DNA of 64,000 nucleotides, taken from an uncultured Gemmatimonadales bacterium. Lineage in GTDB: Bacteria; Gemmatimonadota; Gemmatimonadetes; Gemmatimonadales; GWC2-71-9. The translations under genes and the position numbers were made by a program. Under the pieces are notes generated by a model. The model was not told the origin of the DNA. It was given only the letters and a program-made list of their open reading frames with translations, and made no database searches. The stretch is from assembly GCA_963844445.1 (NCBI GenBank), contig CAWJOB010000001.1, positions 731,746 to 795,745 on the forward strand, in the 5' to 3' direction. Shown here in pieces: positions 56,824 through 64,000 of the stretch. Position 1 is the stretch's first letter. Every line of letters starts with the position of its first letter.

Positions 56824-58067
56824 AAGACCTCCTTCTGGAGGTCTCCTACCGCCGTGCAGAACGGCACCGGCGCGGGCTCGACCACGTGGTCTTCGTCGGA
56901 GTCACCGGAAGCGCGGGCAAGACCACCACCAAGGACCTGGTCGCGGCCGTCCTCGCGCGCCGCTACAACGGCAGCAAGAGCCCGGGGACGCACAACGCGG
57001 CCCACTGGGTGAGCCGCACCGTGCTCGGCGTCCGGCGGGACGATGGGTTCTGCGTGCTCGAGCTGGGCGCGAGCGGCCCCGGCAGCCTCGACGATCCGAT
57101 CGCCCTGGTGCGTCCCAGCATCGCGGTGATCACCAACGTCGGCGGCGATCACCGGACCGCGTTCCGCACCCTCGACGCCACCGCGGCCGAGAAGATCAAG
57201 CTGGTGGCCGCGGTGCCCCTCGAAGGCCTGGCGGTGCTCAACGCCGACGATCCGCGGGTGACGTCCATGGCGGGCAGCTGCCGGGGCCGCGTCCTCACCT
57301 ATGGCCTCACCCCCTATGCATCGGTTCATGCCGAGTCGGTCACCAGCTCCTGGCCCGACCGACTCAGCTTCGTTGCCATTCATGGCGAGCAGCGTGTGGA
57401 GGTGCACACCCGATTCTGTGGCGTGCATTGGACCCATGCCTGTCTCGCCGCCATTACCGTCGGCGTCGGGTTCGGCATCCCGCTCGCCGACGCTGCGGCC
57501 GCGCTCGCGGACGTGGAGCCCGGACCGGGCCGGCTGAGCCCGGTCGAGGCGGGCGGCATCACCTTTCTGCGGGACGAGGTCAAGGCTTCCCTCTGGTCCA
57601 TCGGCCCCTCGCTGGAGTTCCTCCGAAGCGCGCGCGCGGCGCGGAAGGTGGTCGTGATCGGGACCATCTCCGACTACGGCGGCCGCGCGTCCTCGGTGTA
57701 CGCCTCGGTGGCGCGCCAGGCCCTCGAGGTGGCCGACGAGGTGATTTTCGTGGGCCCCCAGGCCCTCCGTTGCTCGGCGGCGCGGGCCCATCCCAGGGGC
57801 GCCGCGCTGCACGCGTTCCTCACCGCACGGAAGGCCCACAAACACCTCTCCGACACCCTGGTGGCCGGCGACCTGGTGCTGCTCAAGGGATCTCAGCGCG
57901 CCGACCACCTGCTGCGGCTGCTGCTGGCGCGTACGCGAAGGATCGCGTGTTGGCGGACGACCTGCCGGCGGATGACGTTCTGCGACGACTGCCTGCTGCT
58001 CCGAGTGCCTGAGCTTCCGTGGTCCGGCTACCGCGCACCGGTGGCGGGGGAGCCGGCCGATGCGTAG
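56820..58067 (+). CDS. Mur-ligase-family protein (central and C-terminal domains only) with a Cys4 C-terminal tail
   Basis: GTG 56820 overlaps the upstream stop (GTGA), in the frame of ORF 56199..58067: VFVGVTGSAGKTTTKD, ELGASGPG, VITNVGGDH, NADDP. Tail: CWRTTCRRMTFCDDC. Confidence 0.75.
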   Translation: MKDLLLEVSYRRAERHRRGLDHVVFVGVTGSAGKTTTKDLVAAVLARRYNGSKSPGTHNAAHWVSRTVLGVRRDDGFCVLELGASGPGSLDDPIALVRPSIAVITNVGGDHRTAFRTLDATAAEKIKLVAAVPLEGLAVLNADDPRVTSMAGSCRGRVLTYGLTPYASVHAESVTSSWPDRLSFVAIHGEQRVEVHTRFCGVHWTHACLAAITVGVGFGIPLADAAAALADVEPGPGRLSPVEAGGITFLRDEVKASLWSIGPSLEFLRSARAARKVVVIGTISDYGGRASSVYASVARQALEVADEVIFVGPQALRCSAARAHPRGAALHAFLTARKAHKHLSDTLVAGDLVLLKGSQRADHLLRLLLARTRRIACWRTTCRRMTFCDDCLLLRVPELPWSGYRAPVAGEPADA

Positions 58068-58332
58068 CGCGGTTGACAGGCTCGGCAACGGGGCCATAAG
58101 TTAGGCGACTACCCTCAGCCCGAGCCCCGCGATGCCTGAGACCGGCATGGAATCCGTGCGCATGAAACGCTGTTGCCGCGCCGGGCCACATCGCGGCCGG
58201 CGGGCAGCGCTGCTGTCCTAGGGCGTCGGGGTACCAGGTCCCGGCCGGCCGCTCTCCCTCCCGGGGCGCGGCCGGTCTTCGTTTCGGGCGGCTACAGCTC
58301 GAAGACAATGAATGCAGTGCAAGGAGGCAGAC

Positions 58333-59227
58333 ATGGCAACCGCCCAAGTGGCAGCCGCTACACCGATCGAGAAGCGGGGATACGCCCATCCTGAGGTCCT
58401 GGTCTCCACCGACTGGGTGGCGCAGCACCTCAAGGACCCGAAGGTCCGCCTGGTCGAGTCGAACGAGGACATCCTGCTCTACGACACCGGCCACATCCCC
58501 GGCGCGGTCAAGGTGGACTGGACGACCGATCTCAACGACTCGCTGGCGCGCGACTACATCGACCGCGAGCGACTCCAGAAGCTGCTCCGCGCCAAGGGGA
58601 TCAACGACGATACCACGATCGTCTTCTACGGCGACAAGAACAACTGGTGGGCGACGTACGCGCTCTGGGTGCTCGCAGCTCTTCGGGCTCGAAGAACGTC
58701 GAAGGTGATGGACGGCGGCCGGCTGCGCTGGGTGGACGAGGGACGCCCGCTCTCCACCGAGCGCCCTCGCTATCCCGAGGGCAACATCACCGTCGGCGAG
58801 CGGGACGACAAGAAGATCCGCGCCTTCCGCGACGAGGTGCTGGAGCACCAGAAGCAGAAGGGGCAGCTGGTGGACGTCCGGAGCCCGGAGGAGTTCCGGG
58901 GCGAGAAGACCCACATGCCGGAGTATCCGCAGGAGGGCTGCCTCCGGGGCGGGCACATCCCGGGTGCCAAGAGCATTCCGTGGGCCAAGGCGATCGATCC
59001 GGAGACCCACACGTTCAAGTCCGCCGAGGATCTCCGGAAGCTGTACGAGCAGGACAACAGCCTGAAGAAGGACCAGGAGACGATCGCCTACTGCCGGATC
59101 GGCGAGCGCTCGTCGCACACCTGGTTCGCGCTCACCTACCTGCTCGGGTTCGACAAGGTGCGGAACTACGACGGGTCGTGGACCGAGTGGGGGAATGCGG
59201 TGCAGGCTGCCGGTGGAGAAGCCGTAG
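58333..59227 (+). pseudogene. sseA: thiosulfate / 3-mercaptopyruvate sulfurtransferase (tandem rhodanese), frame disturbed near the 3' end
   Basis: ORF 58312..59319; ATG 58333 follows [29 protein letters not shown], active-site loop [20 protein letters not shown]. Own translation of the +1 frame after GNAV gives RLPVEKP*, with TAG at 59225-59227. The annotated ORF instead runs on to 59319. Confidence 0.8.
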
Positions 59228-59504
59228 CGGCCTTCCAGCCCGGCCCGCCTCCGTGGCCGGCTCTCCCGAGGGGGGGCCGGCCACAGTTGTTTGTGGGAAG
59301 GGCGCTACAGCCCGCCTGACGGCCGCGCCAACTACCCGACGTATCGATCTGTAGCCCTATGAGTTGCACTTCGGAGTCGCTGGCGCCGCCGTCGGTACGG
59401 TTCCTGCCCTTACGGCATCCCTCATCCTGCGAAACATCGAGCAAGCGGCGTCCGAACTGCCCACCCCGGGTAGGCGCGGCCCGCTGTGCGTCAAGGAGGC
59501 GGGT

Positions 59505-62213
59505 ATGCGCGTGCGTGGCTGGTGGACGACTGTCGTGCTCGCAGGTGTCGCGGTAGCCTGCGGCGATCAACCGACCGAGGTGGTGCCCGAGCGGCAGCAG
59601 ATGACGCAGGGGCCGGGACTCATCGCCCTCGCGACGTCATCGTCGGACGATGGGCTCTCGATTACCACCGACAAGGACGATTACTCGCCGGGCGACACCG
59701 TGTGGTTCACCGGGGCCGGATGGCCAGCGAACGACACGCTGGACATCCTGCTCGAAGATGAGCCAGCGACGCACGAGCCGCATACGTGGTGGGTGCCGGT
59801 GGGGGAGGATGGCGGGTTTCGCGATTCGACATATGTGGTGGACATCAACGACATCGGTGTGAACTTCACCTTGACAGCGACCAGTCGAGCGACGGATCGC
59901 TGGCTGACGGTGCAGTTCACGGATGGCAACGTCAGGGTCACTGCCGCCCCTGACGGGGTCGTCTTCGTGGTAACCCGCACAGTGTTCAGCGCGGCGGGGT
60001 GCAGCGGGTCGATCAGCTTGGGCCCCAATACTTTCACGATCACCGCCGGTACAAACACCACTGTCGCCTCTGCCGGCGGCTCCGGACCGCCGTCAGTACG
60101 GCTTGTAGCCGCCGCGACCTCGGCGGCAGGAGCTTCGTTCGGGAGCTGGGCCGGGGACAAGCCGTTCACCGTCGATCCATCGGACACCAAGAGCATCTGC
60201 CTCAATGGGGACAATGGCAATCTGAGCTTCACGGCCACGTACAACGCGACTCCCGATCTCACCGTCTCGAAGGCGACCACTGGCGGCTTCGAGGTAGGCA
60301 GCACGAATGCTCAATACACCTTCGAGGTGTCGAACCCGGGTACCGCCACCGCCCAGGGTAGCGCCGCGAATCGCATCACGGTTACCGACGTCCTTCCAGC
60401 GGGCATCACCCCGCCCAGCTCGCCCTTTACTGTGAGCAACTGGAACTGCACGGTCACTGGGCAAACAGTCACGTGCCAGCTCGCGGCCGGTCAAACGATC
60501 ATTCCCGGTGCTTCGAGGACCTTCAGCTTCGGCGTCGGCATCACGCTCGCGGCCTGCCCGAGCGTCTCGAACTCGGCCAGCGTAGGCGGCGGCAACGAGC
60601 CAGCGGGCAATACCGGGAACAACACGAGTGCGGCCGTTGCGACCCCGATCTCCGCAGGCTGCCCCAACCCGAACCAGGCGCCGAGCGCCGACGCGGGTGA
60701 TGACAAGGAGGGCAACGAAGGCTCCGCGATCCAGCTGGACGGCAGCGGCTCGACCGACCCCGATGGCGATACGCCGCTCGAGTTCGAATGGACCGTCGTC
60801 ACGCCCCTGACGGGATTTGATGTCGGCGCGTCCTGCGGCCTGGACGACGCTTCGATCGAGAAGCCATCCATCACCTGCACCGACGACGGCATCGTGAAGG
60901 TGACGCTGAAGGTGAAGGACAGCGAGGGCTTGCCGTCGGCGAACGAGGATGAGGTCGAGGTCACCGTGAAGAACGTGAAACCTGCGGTGACGGTTTCGCC
61001 GGCGTCGAAGACCATCGCCGAGGGCGGAAGCGCCAGCTTCACGGCGACGGTGACGGACGTAGGCGCCAACGACGATCCCGATGATTTCGACTTTGACTGG
61101 ACCACGACCGTCAGCCCCTGCTCGCTGAGCGGTACGCCGACGCTCACGAGCGCGACCTTCTCCTGCAATGACAACGCGAGCGGCACGGTGAAGCTCACCG
61201 TGGACGATGGTGACGCGGATGGCGAAGCATTCGACGAAGCCAGCCTGACGGTCACCAATGTACCGCCGACGGCGAGTGGACTGACCACGAACAGCCCGGT
61301 GGCCGAGGGCAGCGACATCACCCTCTCACTCGCGGACGTCTTCGATCCGTCCACCGTCGACGCGGCGAGCCTGCGGTACGCCTTCGACTGCGGCGATGGG
61401 AACGGGTATGGCACGGCGACGAGCTATGCTACTGCGGGGGAAGAGAACGATGCGGATTGCCCCACGACCGACGACGGCACCCGCACCGTGAAGGGAAAAG
61501 TGTTCGACAAGGATGGCGGGTCCAACGAGTATACGGAATCGGTGACGATCACCAACGTGCCACCGTCGATCCAGAGTCTCACGACGCCAGTCGGGGGCCC
61601 GCTTCCGGCTTCGATCGCCATCGGAGCGACCCTCGACATCAAAGTCACCTTCACTGATCCGGGAAGTGGCGATACGCACACGGCCAAGATCGATTGCGGC
61701 ACCGGGTATAGCGATGTCGACAGCGGCAATGATGTCGCCTCGCCGTTCCAGACTTCCTGTACGTTTGCTACCGTCGGATCAAAGACGATCAAAGTGAAGG
61801 TTACGGATGACGACGGCGGCTACGACGTGGAGTCGCATGTGATCAGCGTCCTGTACAATTTCGAAGGACTCTTTGCCCCGGTCGACCGGCCGAATACGAT
61901 GAATGTTTCCAAGGCAGGCCAGTCGATTCCACTCAAGTGGAGGCTGACCGACTTTCAGGGCGCGCCGATTCTCGACTTCTCCCCTGCGGCTTTAGGAGTC
62001 GCGGTCAGCGGGTTGCAGTGCACGGTCTCGACCTCGCTCGACCAGATCGAGGAGTATGCCGGTAATTCGGGTCTCCAAAACCTCGGCGACGGCTACTACC
62101 AGTTCAACTGGAAGACCCCTCCCGCCTACGCGAACAGCTGCAAGGCGGTCGGGCTCAACCTCGGAGAGGCATCGCCTCGTGGGCCGCTGGCATACTTCAA
62201 CTTCAAGAAGTAA
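59505..62213 (+). CDS. large surface lipoprotein: DUF11-type repeat, four PKD-like modules, C-terminal PxKF-like domain
   Basis: In ORF 59364..62213, from ATG 59505 (RBS AAGGAGG). Lipobox VVLAGVAVACG. DUF11-like: LTVSKATTGG..YTFEVSNPGTA..VTDVLPAGI. Modules start V(T/K)NV(P/K)P. PKD-like: DAGDDKEGNEGSAIQLDGSGSTDPDGD. C-terminus: NVSKAGQSIPLKW..YYQFNWKTP..CKAVGLNL..AYFNFKK. Confidence 0.8.
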   Translation: MRVRGWWTTVVLAGVAVACGDQPTEVVPERQQMTQGPGLIALATSSSDDGLSITTDKDDYSPGDTVWFTGAGWPANDTLDILLEDEPATHEPHTWWVPVGEDGGFRDSTYVVDINDIGVNFTLTATSRATDRWLTVQFTDGNVRVTAAPDGVVFVVTRTVFSAAGCSGSISLGPNTFTITAGTNTTVASAGGSGPPSVRLVAAATSAAGASFGSWAGDKPFTVDPSDTKSICLNGDNGNLSFTATYNATPDLTVSKATTGGFEVGSTNAQYTFEVSNPGTATAQGSAANRITVTDVLPAGITPPSSPFTVSNWNCTVTGQTVTCQLAAGQTIIPGASRTFSFGVGITLAACPSVSNSASVGGGNEPAGNTGNNTSAAVATPISAGCPNPNQAPSADAGDDKEGNEGSAIQLDGSGSTDPDGDTPLEFEWTVVTPLTGFDVGASCGLDDASIEKPSITCTDDGIVKVTLKVKDSEGLPSANEDEVEVTVKNVKPAVTVSPASKTIAEGGSASFTATVTDVGANDDPDDFDFDWTTTVSPCSLSGTPTLTSATFSCNDNASGTVKLTVDDGDADGEAFDEASLTVTNVPPTASGLTTNSPVAEGSDITLSLADVFDPSTVDAASLRYAFDCGDGNGYGTATSYATAGEENDADCPTTDDGTRTVKGKVFDKDGGSNEYTESVTITNVPPSIQSLTTPVGGPLPASIAIGATLDIKVTFTDPGSGDTHTAKIDCGTGYSDVDSGNDVASPFQTSCTFATVGSKTIKVKVTDDDGGYDVESHVISVLYNFEGLFAPVDRPNTMNVSKAGQSIPLKWRLTDFQGAPILDFSPAALGVAVSGLQCTVSTSLDQIEEYAGNSGLQNLGDGYYQFNWKTPPAYANSCKAVGLNLGEASPRGPLAYFNFKK

Positions 62214-62234
62214 CCGCGCTTCCACTCGGTAAAC

Positions 62235-62261
62235 GAAGGCCCGGCACCCCGCCGGGCCTTC
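62235..62261. terminator. bidirectional terminator hairpin between convergent genes
   Basis: gaaggcccggc-acccc-gccgggccttc: perfect 11-bp stem. Confidence 0.65.
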
Positions 62262-63048
62262 AGTTTGTCCGGACCTCGACGATCGCCCGCGGCGAGTTGG
62301 TCACGATCCCGGCTACCCCGGATCGCCACAACCGTCGAGCCGCCGCCGGCCGGTCTACCGTCCAGACATGCACCGGGCAGCCGAGGGCACGGGCCGCGGC
62401 GACGAAGCGCCGGGTTGGGATGGTGAGCCCGCGATACCGTTCCGGGACCGAGAGCAGGCGATAGCGGACGGCCGAGCGGCGTCTGGCAAGGAGCGCCGCC
62501 CCTGGTAACGACGCCCGGTAGAGCGCCGCGATCTCGGGCCCCGACGCCCCGCGCGCGAACGCCGGCTCCTCGAAGACCCGAAGCGCCGCTTGGTGCTCCG
62601 AAGCCACCACGCACCGCTCGGCGGCATCCTCCTGAAGCAGCACCTTCCGCACCGCCTCTTGCGCCTCGGGCTCCTTGATCTCCAACAACACCGGCATCCG
62701 GGGAAATGCCCATAGCACTTCCCCCAGGCTCGGGATCCGGGCGTCGCCGCCCCGATAGGGAAAGCTTCGACCTCCGTCGTGCGTGAACCGCGCTCCGGCG
62801 TCCACCGACCGCAGCTCCGCGAGCGTGTGCGAGCGCACCAGCCCCGATCGGTCCGTGGTCCGGTCGAGTGTGTCGTCGTGGATCACCACCGGCGCGCCGT
62901 CCGCGGTGAGCCGCACGTCGAGCTCGAAGGCGTCCGCTCCACGTTGCACCGCGGCCTCGAACGCCGGCAGGGTGTTTTCCGGAGCCTCGGCCGACGCGCC
63001 GCGATGGGCGATGACCGGCCGGGCGTCGAGGTCAAGTAGCGGATTCAC
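62260..63048 (-). CDS. ugpQ: glycerophosphodiester phosphodiesterase
   Basis: ORF 62260..63048 with a GTG start: VIAHRGASAEAPENTLPAFEAAVQRGADAFELDVRLTADGAPVVIHDDTLDRTT. Confidence 0.9.
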   Translation of the reverse strand: MNPLLDLDARPVIAHRGASAEAPENTLPAFEAAVQRGADAFELDVRLTADGAPVVIHDDTLDRTTDRSGLVRSHTLAELRSVDAGARFTHDGGRSFPYRGGDARIPSLGEVLWAFPRMPVLLEIKEPEAQEAVRKVLLQEDAAERCVVASEHQAALRVFEEPAFARGASGPEIAALYRASLPGAALLARRRSAVRYRLLSVPERYRGLTIPTRRFVAAARALGCPVHVWTVDRPAAARRLWRSGVAGIVTNSPRAIVEVRTN

Positions 63049-63062
63049 TCTCTCGCCCCGGC

Positions 63063-63980
63063 TCAGGGTTGGGGGTGACGGTCGAAGAAGTCGAGCATCG
63101 TGCGCGTCGCGTCGATGTCGCGGGAGACCCGCCCTACCCGGCGGCCGACCGGCGGGCCGCCGGGCCAGGTGTGGCCCCCGCCCTCGATGGTGTAGAGCAT
63201 CACGTCCCGGCCCTCGGAGCAGCCGCCGTAGGCCGAGCGCTGGACCCGGGTTCCGTCCCTCACACTGTCGGGCTCCCAGGTGACCACCGGTGGCGGCGTG
63301 CAGCCATTCACGCCGGCGAAGAGCGCCGCGCTTCGTGTCGCGGCCAGCACCTTGCCTCGGCGGAAAAGAGTGTTGCCGCCCTCATAGGGCATTAGCCGGT
63401 CCCGGGTTCCCTGAAACGAGATCACCGAGACCGGTCGGGTCGCGGCGCAACTCTCCTCCAGTACGGCAGCGGGTGCCCCGGCCACCGGCGCGATCGCGGC
63501 GAAGGTCCCAGGCAGGTCGCAGGCGAGCCGGTAGGCGAAGCCTGCCCCGTTGGAGATGCCCGTGGCGTAGATTCGCTTGGGATCCACCGGTAGCTCGCGA
63601 CTCAGGGAGTCGAGCAGGACGCGGATGAATTCGACGTCGTCCTGTCCGGCACTCGTTCCCCGACCGTCGTTCCAGCGCCGGTCGATGCCGTCGGGATAGA
63701 CCACCGCATACCCCCGCGCGATGGCCGGCCCGGTAAGGCCCGTGTGCTCCGCCATGCCGGCCCCCTCTCCTCCGGCCCCATGCAACACCAGCAGGAGGGG
63801 GACCTGCTGCCCCGCGGGCTGCGCCGAGGGGACGTGGAGCAGGTAGGAACGCTCCCTGCTTCCTGCCTGAATCGTGCGGGGCGTGCCGACGGGGGCGTGG
63901 GACTGTGCGGGCAGCGATGCCGCCGCCCAGAGGACGAGCGCCAAGACGGATGCGAGCTGACGGACCAGAATCGGAAGCAC
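63063..63980 (-). CDS. secreted PHB-depolymerase-family esterase (LpqC-like)
   Basis: ORF 63063..63980 with a GTG start. Signal peptide, then PLLLVLHGAGGEG, VVYPDGIDRRWNDGRG and GISNGAGFA (GxSxG). Confidence 0.8.
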   Translation of the reverse strand: MLPILVRQLASVLALVLWAAASLPAQSHAPVGTPRTIQAGSRERSYLLHVPSAQPAGQQVPLLLVLHGAGGEGAGMAEHTGLTGPAIARGYAVVYPDGIDRRWNDGRGTSAGQDDVEFIRVLLDSLSRELPVDPKRIYATGISNGAGFAYRLACDLPGTFAAIAPVAGAPAAVLEESCAATRPVSVISFQGTRDRLMPYEGGNTLFRRGKVLAATRSAALFAGVNGCTPPPVVTWEPDSVRDGTRVQRSAYGGCSEGRDVMLYTIEGGGHTWPGGPPVGRRVGRVSRDIDATRTMLDFFDRHPQP

Positions 63981-64000
63981 CCGTGCATTAAAGCCCGCTG

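Noticed and set aside
58073-58101. TTGACA-17-ATAAGT promoter-like sequence between the Mur-like gene and the rhodanese gene.
   Set aside because: The -35 is perfect, but the -10 is poor (3 of 6 in the best register) and it lies 230 nt from the ATG. Too weak to report as a feature.
1-64000. Searched intergenic regions by eye for tRNA, rRNA, transposase or integrase genes, prophage genes, toxin-antitoxin pairs and known defence-system genes (nucleases, helicases, reverse transcriptase).
   Set aside because: None recognised. Small RNAs and tRNAs cannot be fully excluded without tRNAscan/Infernal, but no intergenic gap other than 19.57-19.81 kb and 38.5-38.87 kb is long enough to hide much.

Overview
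High-GC bacterial chromosomal segment (about 70% G+C by eye, not computed). It has AGGAG-type RBSs, many ATGA/GTGA start-stop overlaps and many lipoproteins. The style suggests a soil Gemmatimonadota/Acidobacteriota-like genome, but that is inference only. I recognise about 65 protein genes and no rRNA, tRNA, CRISPR array, transposase or integrase. Gene content in order: (1) 1-2.4 kb: PEP-mutase-family / DUF885 / membrane-protein operon. (2) 2.6-18 kb: a nucleobase-catabolism supercluster. It combines reductive pyrimidine genes (mmsA, PreA-like DPD, dihydropyrimidinase, NCS1 permease, beta-ureidopropionase), a complete-looking purine arm (XDH-family Mo/2Fe-2S/FAD subunits, allantoinase, allantoicase, OHCU decarboxylase, HIU hydrolase, uricase) and a cytosine deaminase. 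(3) 18-34.7 kb: housekeeping and accessory genes (MarR-GNAT, Csp, GNATs, SugE, MFS, aquaporin, DinB, PAS, SDR, a cytochrome c-propeller fusion). (4) 34.7-52.7 kb: HtrA, M1 and M28 peptidases, an OtsA-OtsB fusion, DsbA-like, APC permease, a two-component system, a PLP decarboxylase and a DUF5916 protein. (5) 52.9-58.1 kb: a translationally coupled GT4 / PaaK-like adenylating ligase / ATP-grasp / Mur-ligase-like operon of unknown product, my best candidate for an undescribed system. (6) 58.3-64 kb: rhodanese, a 902-aa DUF11/PKD/PxKF-like surface lipoprotein, GDPD and an esterase. Main non-genic signals: three long near-perfect intergenic hairpins (13.6, 38.6, 44.2 kb); a 23-unit heptanucleotide microsatellite plus a G4 motif upstream of otsAB; and an A/T-rich GGTGAACAGTGAAA repeat at two terminator-like sites. 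At least about 35 reading-frame disruptions are present, strongly concentrated in the purine arm. They are either indel-type sequence error or very young pseudogenes, and I cannot tell which without reads.
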